A program made the position numbers and the translations under genes. A stretch of 58,163 nucleotides of DNA from an uncultured virus (IMG/VR IMGVR_UViG_3300035670_000050). Lineage: Duplodnaviria > Heunggongvirae > Uroviricota > Caudoviricetes. Below the pieces are notes generated by a model that was not told the DNA's origin, ran no database searches, and was given only the letters and a program-made list of their open reading frames with translations. Location of the stretch: positions 62,001 to 120,163 of IMG/VR virus record IMGVR_UViG_3300035670_000050. One strand, 5' to 3'. Within the stretch, counting starts at the first letter, position 1, and each line of letters opens with the position of its first letter. Shown piece after piece: positions 29,619 through 39,728 of this stretch.

Positions 29619-31538
29619 ATGGCATTTCAATTATCAGCTGGCGTAAATGTATCAGAAATTGATCTGAGTACAGTTGTGCCTTCAATTGCCAGTTCTATTG
29701 GCGCATTTGCCGGGAAGTTTGCTTGGGGTCCAGCTAATGAAGTAGTTACTATTTCTGACGAGATTCGTTTAGTCGAAAGATTTGGTAAACCTACAAATGA
29801 TAATTATGAATACTGGTTTTCAGCCGCAAATTTTCTAGCATACTCAAACAATCTCAAAGTAGTTCGTTCAGTCGCATCAGATTCTTATAATGCAACTTCA
29901 AAAAATCCAATTGGTAGTGCAATTATTCAAGTTAATGGTGTGTTATATGAACCAAATGTTAATACCACTATAACATTGCTAGGTAATGAATCTGATGCAG
30001 TAATACAAGTTACAACTGATGCAAATGGTACTATTAATACAGCTACTGTTTTACAAGGCGGTTCATTTTTTGAAATACCCACAATAAGTCCTGCTACTTT
30101 AACTGCTGCTTTAGGTGCGAATGGTCAATCAGGTTTAATTGAATTGAGATTTGATAATATTCAAATTGAAAATGAAATTGATTATCAATTAAATCATACA
30201 ACTGGCGCAAATAGTTATGGTGAATTTGCTGCAAAATATCCAGGTGTTTTAGGGAATTCTATTACTATAGAGATGGCAGATTCAAACACATTTACTGGTT
30301 GGGCATATGCATCTTTATTCACAGATGAACCAGCTACATCAGATTATGTTTCAAATTTAAGTGGTGCTAACGATGAATTACATATTGTAGTAGTTGATAC
30401 AGGAGGTTCATTTAGTGGAACAGCAAATGCTGTACTAGAAAGATTTGCATTTGTATCTAAAGCAGCTGATGCTAAAAACCCAGATGGAACTTCAAATTAT
30501 TACAAAGATGTTTTAAATAATCGTTCAAAATATGTTTGGTGGTTATCTCACCCATTACCTACAACGAATTGGGGCGAAAATGCCACAACAGATTTTAATT
30601 TATTAGAAGATGCAATTACAGTATCACTTAGAGGTGGTGCAGATGGTGATGTAAATGAAAATTATATAGCAAATTCATACTCACAAGTTTCCAATCCTGA
30701 CTCTGTAGACATATCTCTAATTATTGCTGGTCCTGCTGGAAATACTGTTGCATCTCAGATTATTGATATTGCAGAAGATCGCAAAGATTGTGTTGCATTT
30801 ATATCACCATTAAAAGCTGATGTTGTAGATAATTACGGATCAGAATCAACTGATGTATTATTATACCGTAATACAACATTAAACAAATCTTCTTCATTTG
30901 CAGTGATGGATTCTGGTTGGAAATATCAGTACGACAAGTACAATGATACTTATCGTTGGGTTCCACTTAATGCTGACATTGCAGGTCTATGTGCAAGAAC
31001 AGACTTAGAAAGAGATCCTTGGTATTCACCTGCAGGTTCAAATAGAGGCATAATTAAAAATATCATTAAACTTTCTTGGAATCCAACTAAAGCTGAAAGA
31101 GATGATTTATATGTCAAAGGTATTAATCCTGTAGTTAGTTTCCCAGGCGAAGGTACAATGTTATTTGGAGACAAAACTCTTCTTGCCAGACCAAGTGCAT
31201 TTGATCGTATCAATGTTCGTAGACTCTTTATTGTACTTGAAAAAGCAATTGCAAGAGCTGCTCGTTCTTCATTGTTTGAATTTAATGATCAATTCACAAG
31301 AGCACAATTTGTAAACTTAGTTGAACCATATCTTCGTGATGTTCAAGGACGCCGTGGTATTAGTGACTTCAGAGTTGTATGCGATGAAACAAATAATACA
31401 GCCGAAGTAATTGATCGCAATGAATTTATTGGCGACATTTACATTAAACCTGCTCGTTCAATCAACTTTATTCAACTTAACTTTATTGCAGTAAGAACTG
31501 GAGTAAGATTTGAAGAAATAGTTGGTCGTTTTGGTTAA
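29619..31538 (+). CDS. gp18: Tail sheath protein gp18
   Basis: 'S.GV.VSEIDL', 'F.WGP', 'YDKYND..RWVPLN.DIAGL', 'FDRINVRRLF'. Confidence 0.97.
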   Translation: MAFQLSAGVNVSEIDLSTVVPSIASSIGAFAGKFAWGPANEVVTISDEIRLVERFGKPTNDNYEYWFSAANFLAYSNNLKVVRSVASDSYNATSKNPIGSAIIQVNGVLYEPNVNTTITLLGNESDAVIQVTTDANGTINTATVLQGGSFFEIPTISPATLTAALGANGQSGLIELRFDNIQIENEIDYQLNHTTGANSYGEFAAKYPGVLGNSITIEMADSNTFTGWAYASLFTDEPATSDYVSNLSGANDELHIVVVDTGGSFSGTANAVLERFAFVSKAADAKNPDGTSNYYKDVLNNRSKYVWWLSHPLPTTNWGENATTDFNLLEDAITVSLRGGADGDVNENYIANSYSQVSNPDSVDISLIIAGPAGNTVASQIIDIAEDRKDCVAFISPLKADVVDNYGSESTDVLLYRNTTLNKSSSFAVMDSGWKYQYDKYNDTYRWVPLNADIAGLCARTDLERDPWYSPAGSNRGIIKNIIKLSWNPTKAERDDLYVKGINPVVSFPGEGTMLFGDKTLLARPSAFDRINVRRLFIVLEKAIARAARSSLFEFNDQFTRAQFVNLVEPYLRDVQGRRGISDFRVVCDETNNTAEVIDRNEFIGDIYIKPARSINFIQLNFIAVRTGVRFEEIVGRFG

Positions 31539-31544
31539 TAAATA
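31537..31544 (+). promoter_or_regulatory. Late promoter variant upstream of gp19
   Basis: AATAAATA followed by CAGGAG RBS. Confidence 0.6.
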
Positions 31545-31564
31545 GAAAAACAGGAGATAATTAA

Positions 31565-32110
31565 ATGGCATTTTCAGTAAACGAATTTAGATCACAAATG
31601 ACTGGAGACGGAGCTCGTCCCAATCTATTTGAAGTATCCATGCCGTTTCCTGTATTCTCACTACCAGGAAACGCACAACAAAAACTAACATTCATGTGTA
31701 AGACAGCACAACTACCAGGATCAACTCTTGGTGTTGTGCCAGTTCAATACTTTGGTAGAGAATTAAAGTTTGTAGGTAATAGATCATTTGTAGATTGGAC
31801 AATTACAATTATTAACGACGAAGACTTCATCATTCGTAACGCTTTTGAAAGATGGATGAACGCCCTAAATACTCATAGTACTAATGTAAGAAGTCCAATT
31901 GCATTAACACCATTAGGTTATAGTGTTGATGGAGATGTTACTCAGTTTGGTAAAGCTGGTAATGTTCTGAAGAAGTATAAATTTATAGGTCTATTCCCAT
32001 CAGATATCACTCCAATTGATGTTGATTGGGGTGCAAATGATACAATTGAAGAGTTCTCTGTAACTCTGTCTTATCAGTGGTGGGAATCTGTAGAGACTGG
32101 TGTAGTGTAA
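31565..32110 (+). CDS. gp19: Tail tube protein gp19
   Basis: 'GARPNLFEV', 'LPGS', 'GR..K..G.R.F..WT.TI.NDEDF..R..FE.W', 'IEEF.VT..YQ.W'. Confidence 0.96.
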   Translation: MAFSVNEFRSQMTGDGARPNLFEVSMPFPVFSLPGNAQQKLTFMCKTAQLPGSTLGVVPVQYFGRELKFVGNRSFVDWTITIINDEDFIIRNAFERWMNALNTHSTNVRSPIALTPLGYSVDGDVTQFGKAGNVLKKYKFIGLFPSDITPIDVDWGANDTIEEFSVTLSYQWWESVETGVV

Positions 32111-32142
32111 TAGGTGGGGGTAACCCCATCTATTATTTTTTT
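32109..32142 (+). terminator. Rho-independent terminator after gp19
   Basis: AATAGGTGGGG-GTAA-CCCCATCTATT followed by ATTTTTTT. Confidence 0.75.
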
Positions 32143-32161
32143 ATAGGATGAAAGACACCGT

Positions 32162-32806
32162 ATGGCATTATATTTACTAGTCAAAGAACATGTAGATACA
32201 GGTATGAAATACTTGTGTAAACATGTTGCATCTTCATTTTCTGAATGTGAAAAATATACTGGTTCTGGAATATATTGGAAAAGACATTTAAAGCAACATG
32301 GTAATAATGTTAAAACCACTTGTCTTTTTGTAACTGAAAATGAAAAAGAATTTCGTGAAATTGCCAAAAAATATTCTTTAAAATTTAATGTTACACAATC
32401 TAAAGAATGGGCAAATTTATGTGACGAAGAAGGACAAGGTGGACATACTGTTATTGATAAAGAAAAACATGGTAAATTAATGGAACAAATCCATAAAAAA
32501 CCAGAAGTCAAACAAAAAGTTAAAAAACATTTAGATGATATTAGATTTTGGACTCAACCTTTAGCTGCACAAGCCGCAAAAGAAAAATTAACAGGTGTTC
32601 TTAAAACAGAAGAACACAAACAAAAAATGCGTGGTAAAAGACCTCATGTAAATCAATCTGGTAGTAAAAACAATAATTCTAAAAAAATAGAAACTCCATT
32701 TGGTATTTTTGGTAGTATTAGTGAAGCCTCACGCCAAATTGAAGGTTATACATATATGATGATATGGTGTAGATTGCAAAATAATAAAGAATGGAGATAC
32801 ATCTGA
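32162..32806 (+). mobile_element. Free-standing GIY-YIG (Seg-like) homing endonuclease between gp19 and gp20
   Basis: 'LYLLVKEH..TG.KYLCK...Y.GSG.YW..HLK.HG', 'WANL..E.G.GG' and NUMOD-like 'KTEEHKQKM'; sits between conserved neighbours. Confidence 0.75.
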
Positions 32807-34455
32807 TGGCAATTCGGCTTTTTGGTTTCAATATAGGCAAAAAAGATGTTGTTCAGGAACAACCACCTGAGCAAAAAACTTTTGCACTTCCAACATCTGC
32901 ACTTGATGATGGTGCAGTTACTATCACTCAAAACGCTTATTATGGCACATATGTAGATTTAGAAGGCGCAGTTCGTAATGAATTAGAATTGATCACTCGT
33001 TATCGTGAGATGGCAAATCATCCAGAATTGGAACAGGCCATTGATGATATCGTAAATGAATCTATAACACATGATGAATCAGGTGAAGTTGTGTCTATTA
33101 ACATGGACAAACTAAAACAACCACAGACAATTAAAAAGAAAATTGAAGAAGAGTTTGAAAATATTTTAACTCTTTTAAATTTCAATAATTTGGCAGATGA
33201 TCTTTTCAAGAGATGGTACATTGACGGTAGAATATACTATCATGTTCTAGTTGATGATACTAATCCAAAAGAAGGCATACAAGAATTAAGATATATTGAT
33301 CCACGAAAGATCAGAAAAGTTCGTGAGATTCAAAAAGAAAAAGATCCTAAAACTGGTGCTATGGTAATTAAATCTATAGCAGAATACTATGTTTATAATG
33401 ATCGTGGTACAACAACACAAACTTACACCGCACAAGTAAATGCTGGTGTAAGAATTGCACCAGATTCAATTATCAATGTGAACTCTGGGTTGATGGATGC
33501 AAAGAATACTTTTGTTATTTCTTATTTGCACAAGGCCATCAAACCACTCAATCAATTAAGAATGATTGAGGATGCAGTTGTAATCTATAGACTATCAAGA
33601 GCACCAGAACGCCGTGTGTTCTATATTGATGTAGGTAATTTGCCAAAAGGTAAAGCAGAACAATACCTTCGTGATATTATGATCAAGTATCGTAACAAGA
33701 TGGTATATGATGCCAATACTGGTGAGTTGCGTGATGATCGTAAACACATGTCAATGCTTGAAGATTTTTGGTTGCCACGAAGAGAAGGTGGTAAAGGTAC
33801 AGAGATTACTACACTTCCAGCAGGTCAAAATCTTGGCCAAATAGAAGATGTAGATTACTTCCGTAAAAAATTATTGCAGTCTTTAAATGTACCTTATTCT
33901 AGAATGGATCAAACACAAGGTGGTGGTTTTGCATCACTTGGCAGATCAACAGAAGTAACTAGAGATGAATTAAAATTTGCCAAATTTATCAATAGACTTC
34001 GTAATAAGTTCTCACAGATTTTTGATAATGCTCTAAAAACACAATTAGTTTTAAAAGGCATTTGTACTAAAGAAGAATGGGAACAATTTAAAGAAGACAT
34101 TTATTATGACTTCAAGAAAGATAATAATTTTACAGAGTTAAGAGAAGCAGAACTTCTTCGTGAAAGAGTACAGACACTTACCATGTTAGAACCATTTGTT
34201 GGTAAATATTTTTCACAAACATGGATTAAAAAGAATGTTCTTCGTATGACACAAGAAGAAGTTGATGAGATGGAAAAAGAAATACAAGAAGATGGCTCTG
34301 CTGAACAATATGAACAAATGCAACAACAACAAAATGGTGGTATGATACCTCAACCACCAGTAGATAATGTAACAGAACAAGATCAACAACAAGAATCTAT
34401 GACACCAGAATTAGATGCTCAAGTTGACAAGTATACTAATATAAATAGAAAATAA
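32806..34455 (+). CDS. gp20: Portal protein gp20
   Basis: Start ATG 32806 (GGAG at 32793; MAIRLFGF); 'WY.DGR', 'LHKAIKP.NQLRMIEDA.VIYR..RAPERR.FYIDVGNLP', 'EDFWLPRREGGKGTEI.TLP'. Confidence 0.97.
   Translation: MAIRLFGFNIGKKDVVQEQPPEQKTFALPTSALDDGAVTITQNAYYGTYVDLEGAVRNELELITRYREMANHPELEQAIDDIVNESITHDESGEVVSINMDKLKQPQTIKKKIEEEFENILTLLNFNNLADDLFKRWYIDGRIYYHVLVDDTNPKEGIQELRYIDPRKIRKVREIQKEKDPKTGAMVIKSIAEYYVYNDRGTTTQTYTAQVNAGVRIAPDSIINVNSGLMDAKNTFVISYLHKAIKPLNQLRMIEDAVVIYRLSRAPERRVFYIDVGNLPKGKAEQYLRDIMIKYRNKMVYDANTGELRDDRKHMSMLEDFWLPRREGGKGTEITTLPAGQNLGQIEDVDYFRKKLLQSLNVPYSRMDQTQGGGFASLGRSTEVTRDELKFAKFINRLRNKFSQIFDNALKTQLVLKGICTKEEWEQFKEDIYYDFKKDNNFTELREAELLRERVQTLTMLEPFVGKYFSQTWIKKNVLRMTQEEVDEMEKEIQEDGSAEQYEQMQQQQNGGMIPQPPVDNVTEQDQQQESMTPELDAQVDKYTNINRK
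34440..34447 (+). promoter_or_regulatory. T4-type late promoter
   Basis: Exact TATAAATA at the end of gp20, upstream of the prohead core genes. Confidence 0.75.
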
Positions 34456-34471
34456 TTTAAAGGAGTTTAAC

Positions 34472-34870
34472 ATGTCTCAAATTAAAGATTTTATTGAACA
34501 GTTAGCAGCAGGAGACAATGTTGCAGCTAAAGAATCAATTAATAATGCTCTTTCAACAAAAGCATTTGAATCATTAGATGCATTTAAAAAAGAAATTGCA
34601 TCAACATTATTCAACAACGGTCAAGAAAAAGTAGAAGTACAAGATACTGCTGATACTCCTATTGAAGATGAAGAGACTGTTACTCAAGAAGAAGTAGAAC
34701 AGATTGATGAACTTTCAAATGAAACTTTAAAGTCTTATGCTGGAAAAGTAGTTGACAAAACTAGAACAATGCCACAAGGTGCAAAGAAACAAAAACATTT
34801 AGCTGGTTTTGGAAAAGCAATGGATAAGATGCAAGGTCGTTTACACAGAGACCTTGATCGTATGCCTTAA
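34472..34870 (+). CDS. Prohead core protein (gp67-like) with C-terminal extension
   Basis: Directly after the portal; 'GDNV.A.......L..K....L...K.EIA..LF'; acidic linker; 'IDELSNETLKSY'. Confidence 0.65.
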   Translation: MSQIKDFIEQLAAGDNVAAKESINNALSTKAFESLDAFKKEIASTLFNNGQEKVEVQDTADTPIEDEETVTQEEVEQIDELSNETLKSYAGKVVDKTRTMPQGAKKQKHLAGFGKAMDKMQGRLHRDLDRMP

Positions 34871-34883
34871 TAGAATTAATAAC

Positions 34884-35732
34884 ATGAAATCATTAACAGA
34901 ATTTAAACAACCAATTATAGAAGAAGAATCAGACTACGCAAAGTTTGATATGCTTGTTCGTGCTGGGCTTGCAAACAAAGCACAGTTACAAAGAATTCAT
35001 AAGATTCTTGACAAAATGAAAGAAGATAGACCTGTATTCAACAATGCAGATAGAATGATTCTTCAAAATCTTTTTAATAAAATGGTTGATTTAATTTCTA
35101 ATAACAAACAAATATTTCAACAAACTCGCCGTGCTGTTCGTGAAGAATTAGAAGAAAGTATTCTAGATACTTCTGATTATAAAACAACTAAGTCAGGTAA
35201 AAAATATAAAGCACATAGAATTAAAATTGGTGATGAACAGTATGGTAGAGAAGAAGACGAACAACAAAAAGAAGAAGTAGAAGTTTTACATAAAGTAGAA
35301 CTAGATGAGTCACTATCTCAAATAGAACCACCTTTTGTTTTAGTTCTCAAAAGAAAAGCAATTAGATTATTTCCAAATGATACAAGAATAGCATTATACT
35401 ACAGTGATAAAATTAATAAGTATTTTAGTGTTCCTTATTCTACAGATAAAAATCTTGATGCACCAGTTCAGGCTGAAAGTGTAGAAAATGTTGAGTTAGA
35501 AGAAGCAGTAATGGATCAACTACATAAAATAGTTGCAGCTAAACAAAAACAAAGTGTTAAATTTGGTAATGGTCAAACACAATCAGTTGATCACTATACT
35601 GCATCGGCAATTACACAAGTTCATAAAGCATTGAACGATGATAACAAAAAGAAGTTTGCAGATATGGTTCATAAATCACCTGCACATTTGGCAAAAGCAG
35701 CAGACTTTGCATTTAGTAAAGTTAAAAAATGA
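34884..35732 (+). CDS. Putative internal head/prohead protein
   Basis: Likely start MKSLTEF at 34884; several 'LEE/LDE' protease-like sites; lies in the prohead cluster. Confidence 0.6.
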   Translation: MKSLTEFKQPIIEEESDYAKFDMLVRAGLANKAQLQRIHKILDKMKEDRPVFNNADRMILQNLFNKMVDLISNNKQIFQQTRRAVREELEESILDTSDYKTTKSGKKYKAHRIKIGDEQYGREEDEQQKEEVEVLHKVELDESLSQIEPPFVLVLKRKAIRLFPNDTRIALYYSDKINKYFSVPYSTDKNLDAPVQAESVENVELEEAVMDQLHKIVAAKQKQSVKFGNGQTQSVDHYTASAITQVHKALNDDNKKKFADMVHKSPAHLAKAADFAFSKVKK

Positions 35733-36184
35733 AATTTATAGATTTTATTTTAAATAATAAATTACAAGAAGCAAAAGATGATATTAGAAATCATCTAAAT
35801 GAAATATTGAGAAAAAGATTAGCAGAAGCAAAAAAATATATTGCAGCTGATATATTTGAAGAAGTTGAAATTATAGATGAAGCTGCACCAAAAAGAAATC
35901 CAAACATTGTTAAGATGGGTAGAGTGCAAAGAATTCGTAGAAGAATTCGTAGAAATGCTAAAGGTAGAATTGTTGTACAAAAAAATGCTAGAAGATCAAG
36001 TATTAAAGGTTTTAGAATAGCAGGTAAAGGTAATACAATTAAAAGAATACCTACTATTGAAAGATTAAGAAAAGCAAGACTGTTAAAACGATCATGGAAA
36101 ACAACACGGAGAGCAAAAATACGCAGGACATTAATGAAGAGAAAGATGTCAATGCGTAGAAGAGCCTCGATAGGATTAAGGTAA
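35729..36184 (+). CDS. Arg/Lys-rich prohead core protein (gp68-like)
   Basis: Very basic C-terminal half ending 'RKMSMRRRASIGL'; located before gp21. Confidence 0.65.
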   Translation: MKFIDFILNNKLQEAKDDIRNHLNEILRKRLAEAKKYIAADIFEEVEIIDEAAPKRNPNIVKMGRVQRIRRRIRRNAKGRIVVQKNARRSSIKGFRIAGKGNTIKRIPTIERLRKARLLKRSWKTTRRAKIRRTLMKRKMSMRRRASIGLR

Positions 36185-36185
36185 A

Positions 36186-36551
36186 ATGGCATACGAAATT
36201 TTAAATGCTCTTAGAGCTAAATCTACAATTAGAGTTACAGGTAATACTGCAACTACTATTACACTTTCACAATTGGCAGCAAGTCCAGCTGAAACTGTAA
36301 CTGAAGCTGCTATCGCACAAGTCTCTGCAACAACAGATGGTGTTTGGAGAGTATACAGAGGCGATAACACTAGTGGAGAATTGATCTTAGAATTATTGAA
36401 CACGACACATTTTGTTCTTTATGAATATGATATTTCTTTTGCTAATAGTGCTACATCAAATGTTCATATTACCAATTCTGGTTCAGGTGGAACATTAATT
36501 ATACAATTGGCAAAAACAGCAACATACAGCCCATCACTAACAGGAATGTAA
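36186..36551 (+). CDS. Hypothetical virion protein
   Basis: 121 aa beta-rich ORF tightly coupled between the gp68-like gene and gp21. Confidence 0.6.
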   Translation: MAYEILNALRAKSTIRVTGNTATTITLSQLAASPAETVTEAAIAQVSATTDGVWRVYRGDNTSGELILELLNTTHFVLYEYDISFANSATSNVHITNSGSGGTLIIQLAKTATYSPSLTGM

Positions 36552-36552
36552 A

Positions 36553-37203
36553 ATGAAACTAATTAGAGAAACAGTAGAGAATGTAAAATATCTTACCGAA
36601 GAAACAGAAGACGGTAAGAAAAAACTTTACATTGAAGGAACTTTTCTTGTTGGTGATAGAGTCAACAAGAACAATCGTATGTACAAAATGGATACATTGC
36701 GTAATGAGGTTGCTAGATATACCGAAGAGTATATTAAAGAAGGTCGTGCATTAGGTGAACTTGGTCACCCAGATACGCCTTCACTCAATTTAGAAAGAGT
36801 CTCACACAAAATTCTATCACTTACTGAAAATGGTAATACATTTTTTGGTAAAGCACTTATTCTTGAAACACCATATGGTCAAATTGTCAGAAACTTTATT
36901 GAGAACGACATAAGTGTAGGTGTTTCATCCAGAGCACTAGGTTCTCTTGTTCAAACTAAAGAAGGTTATAATTTGGTACAAGATGACCTTAGACTTGCAA
37001 CTGCTGCTGATATTGTGGCTGATCCATCTGCACCTGGTGCTTTCGTTAACGGCATCATGGAAAATAAAGAATGGATGTTAATTGACGGTAAATTTGTAGA
37101 GGCAGACCATGACCGTGCAAAGAAAACTATTCAGAGAGCTTCTAAGAAACAAATCGAAGAAGTTGCTCTAAAACTGTTTGAAAATTACCTCAGAAAACTT
37201 TAA
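36553..37203 (+). CDS. gp21: Prohead protease gp21
   Basis: 'MKLIRE', 'N.N.R.Y', 'ALGELGHP', 'GVSSRALGS', 'DIVADPSAP.AFV.GIME.KEW'. Confidence 0.96.
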   Translation: MKLIRETVENVKYLTEETEDGKKKLYIEGTFLVGDRVNKNNRMYKMDTLRNEVARYTEEYIKEGRALGELGHPDTPSLNLERVSHKILSLTENGNTFFGKALILETPYGQIVRNFIENDISVGVSSRALGSLVQTKEGYNLVQDDLRLATAADIVADPSAPGAFVNGIMENKEWMLIDGKFVEADHDRAKKTIQRASKKQIEEVALKLFENYLRKL

Positions 37204-37206
37204 TTT

Positions 37207-37214
37207 TATAAATA
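37207..37214 (+). promoter_or_regulatory. T4-type late promoter for gp22/gp23
   Basis: Exact TATAAATA before the AAGGAG RBS. Confidence 0.85.
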
Positions 37215-37236
37215 AGAAATCATAAGGAGAATCCTA

Positions 37237-38274
37237 ATGGCAACAAATCAACTAATGGAAGCAGCAGCAGAAATTCTTGCAGGAAGCAAGAGTAAAGCTA
37301 CAGCAATGCCTCCACAAAAATTAGAAGGTGGTGTTGTAGACCTTGGCGGTCCAACTCCACAAAATAGCAAACCTGATGATGATTCTAACAAGATTCATAC
37401 AACAAAGGCAGCTAAGAGTGCAACTGCACCAACAACAAAACCTTCTGATGCATCTTCAGCAATGCCTTCTACTAACTTGAGAAAAGAAGAAGAAGAGACT
37501 GATGAAGATCAAGAATTAATTGATTCTGAAGAAGAGTTTCAAAACTCTATTAAAGAAGATGTAGATGCAATCTTTGGTGATGATTCTACAATCTCTGAAG
37601 ATTTCAGATCAAAAGTTTCTACAATTTTTGAAGCTCGTGTTAATGACAGAGTTCTTCAGATTCAAGAACAATTAGAAGCTGATTATGCTTCTATGCTTGA
37701 AGAAGCAGTAGAAACAATCAAAACAGAATTAACCGAAAAGGTTGATGACTATCTCAACTATGTTGTTGAGCAGTGGTTAAAAGAAAACGAATTGGCAATT
37801 GAATCAGGTCTTCGTGCAGAACTCTCTGAGGAATTTATTGCTGGTCTTCGTAATCTATTTGCAGAACATTATATTGATGTTCCTGCTGAAAAAGTCGATC
37901 TCGTTGATGAACTTGCTGGTAAAGTTGAAGAACTTGAAGGTAAACTTAATGAAGAGATTGAGCGTGCAGTTGAGTATAAAAAGGCTCTTGTCGAGTCTGT
38001 CAAATCCCAAATTACTTATGAAGTATGTGATGGTTTAACGGCAACTCAAGTTGAAAAAATCAAATCACTCGCAGAGAGTGTAGAGTTTTCCACAGAGGAA
38101 GAGTACAAAGAAAAACTTGAAACAATCCGTGAAAACTATTTCCCATCTGGCGTTAAAAAGGCAGATGCAGAACAACTTCATGAACAAGTAGAAGATACTG
38201 AAGATGCAAACAAAAATATCAATGATCCTTTTGTTGCCGCAGTATCAAAAGCAATTTCTAAAACTAAAATTTAA
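37237..38274 (+). CDS. gp22: Prohead scaffold protein gp22
   Basis: 'SE.F..K..TIFEA', 'VD.YL.YVVE.W..EN..AI..G.R.E', 'LF.EHYIDVP.EK.D'. Confidence 0.93.
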   Translation: MATNQLMEAAAEILAGSKSKATAMPPQKLEGGVVDLGGPTPQNSKPDDDSNKIHTTKAAKSATAPTTKPSDASSAMPSTNLRKEEEETDEDQELIDSEEEFQNSIKEDVDAIFGDDSTISEDFRSKVSTIFEARVNDRVLQIQEQLEADYASMLEEAVETIKTELTEKVDDYLNYVVEQWLKENELAIESGLRAELSEEFIAGLRNLFAEHYIDVPAEKVDLVDELAGKVEELEGKLNEEIERAVEYKKALVESVKSQITYEVCDGLTATQVEKIKSLAESVEFSTEEEYKEKLETIRENYFPSGVKKADAEQLHEQVEDTEDANKNINDPFVAAVSKAISKTKI

Positions 38275-38288
38275 TTAAGGAGTATTTT

Positions 38289-39644
38289 ATGTATCTTTCA
38301 GAACAACTTCAAAAGAAATGGGAAGGTGTATTAGAGCACCCAGACCTTCCAAAAATTTCTGATCCTTATCGTAAGGCAGTTACAGCTGTTATTCTTGAGA
38401 ACCAAGCTGTAGAAATGAAGAAAGCTTCTAATATTCTTACAGAAGCAGGTCCAACATCACAAGTAGGCACAGGCGGTTTTGGTGGTTCTGCTGATGCATA
38501 CGGCCCAGTTGCAGGTTTCGACCCAATTCTTATTTCTTTAGTTCGCCGTTCTTTACCAAATCTTATTGCTTATGATGTTTGCGGCGTTCAGCCAATGACA
38601 GGTCCAACAGGACTTATTTTTGCAATGAGAACTCGTTACGACGGTCAGGCAAATACTAATACTGAAGCCTTCTACAATGAAGCAAATACAGTATTCTCTG
38701 GTGCAGGTACATCACAGACTGATCTCGCACTTGCTGCTAATACTGCATTAGGTTCTGGTAACACATTTACATCTGCATCTGTTGCTGCTGGTGCTGGTAT
38801 GGCAACTGCTACAGCTGAATCTCTTGGAGATGTTGCTGGTGGTTCCGCAGACTTTAATGAAATGGCCTTCTCAATTGAGAAAGTCACTGTTACTGCTAAG
38901 ACCCGTGCTCTTAAGGCTGAGTACTCTATGGAACTCGCACAAGACCTTAAGGCAGTTCATGGTCTTGACGCTGAAACAGAACTCGCAAATATTCTTTCTT
39001 CTGAAATTCTTGCAGAGATCAACCGTGAAGTTATTCGTACAATCTACAAGATTGCCAAAGTTGGTGCTCAAGTAGGTACAACAACTGCCGGTACTTTCAA
39101 CCTTGACACAGATTCAAATGGTCGCTGGATGGTTGAAAAAGTTAAAGGTCTTGCTTTCCAAATCGAAAGAGAAGCAAACACAATTGCAAAACTTACTCGT
39201 AGAGGGAAAGGTAACATCATGATTTGTTCTTCTGATGTTGCTTCCGCATTTGCAATGGCTGGTATTCTTGATTATCAGTCTGCTCTACAAGGTCAAGTTA
39301 ATCTAACAGTTGACGATACAGGTAACACATACGCTGGTACATTGTTTGGTCGTATCAAAGTTTATATCGACCCATATTTCCCAGTTGGTGCAACATCTGA
39401 GTTCGCAGTTGTTGGTTACAAAGGTTCTAATGCCTATGACGCTGGTATGTTCTACTGCCCATACGTACCATTGCAAATGGTTCGTGCAGTTGATACAGGT
39501 ACTTTCCAACCAAAGATTGGTTTCAAGACTCGTTACGGTCTAGTTGCCAACCCATTTGCAGAAGGTACTACACAAGGTCTTGGCGCTCTTGGTGCTATGA
39601 GCAACGTATACTACCGTGGCTTCAAGATTGCAAACTTAATGTAA
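38289..39644 (+). CDS. gp23: Major capsid protein gp23
   Basis: 'LISLVRR..PNLIA.D.CGVQPM.GPTGLIFAMR', 'ELAQDLKAVHGLDAE.EL', 'YCPYVPL', 'FQPKIGFKTRYG'. Confidence 0.98.
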   Translation: MYLSEQLQKKWEGVLEHPDLPKISDPYRKAVTAVILENQAVEMKKASNILTEAGPTSQVGTGGFGGSADAYGPVAGFDPILISLVRRSLPNLIAYDVCGVQPMTGPTGLIFAMRTRYDGQANTNTEAFYNEANTVFSGAGTSQTDLALAANTALGSGNTFTSASVAAGAGMATATAESLGDVAGGSADFNEMAFSIEKVTVTAKTRALKAEYSMELAQDLKAVHGLDAETELANILSSEILAEINREVIRTIYKIAKVGAQVGTTTAGTFNLDTDSNGRWMVEKVKGLAFQIEREANTIAKLTRRGKGNIMICSSDVASAFAMAGILDYQSALQGQVNLTVDDTGNTYAGTLFGRIKVYIDPYFPVGATSEFAVVGYKGSNAYDAGMFYCPYVPLQMVRAVDTGTFQPKIGFKTRYGLVANPFAEGTTQGLGALGAMSNVYYRGFKIANLM

Positions 39645-39682
39645 TTCAGTCTCAAATTATTCTTATAACAATAAGAGACTTT

Positions 39683-39713
39683 AAAAGGGAACTAGAAATA
39701 GTTCCCTTTTTTT
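39683..39713 (+). terminator. Rho-independent terminator after gp23
   Basis: AAAAGGGAACTA-GAAA-TAGTTCCCTTTT plus T run. Confidence 0.9.
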
Positions 39714-39715
39714 AT

Positions 39716-39723
39716 TATAAATA
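39716..39723 (+). promoter_or_regulatory. T4-type late promoter
   Basis: Exact TATAAATA immediately after the terminator. Confidence 0.8.
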
Positions 39724-39728
39724 ATGGT

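Noticed and set aside
32791..32805. Portal start at 32791
   Set aside because: The GGAG there is the RBS for ATG 32806, which gives the typical 'M..LFGF' N-terminus.
34809..34883. N-terminal extension of the 307-aa ORF
   Set aside because: Overlaps the upstream gene; ATG 34884 (MKSLTEF) is the more plausible start.
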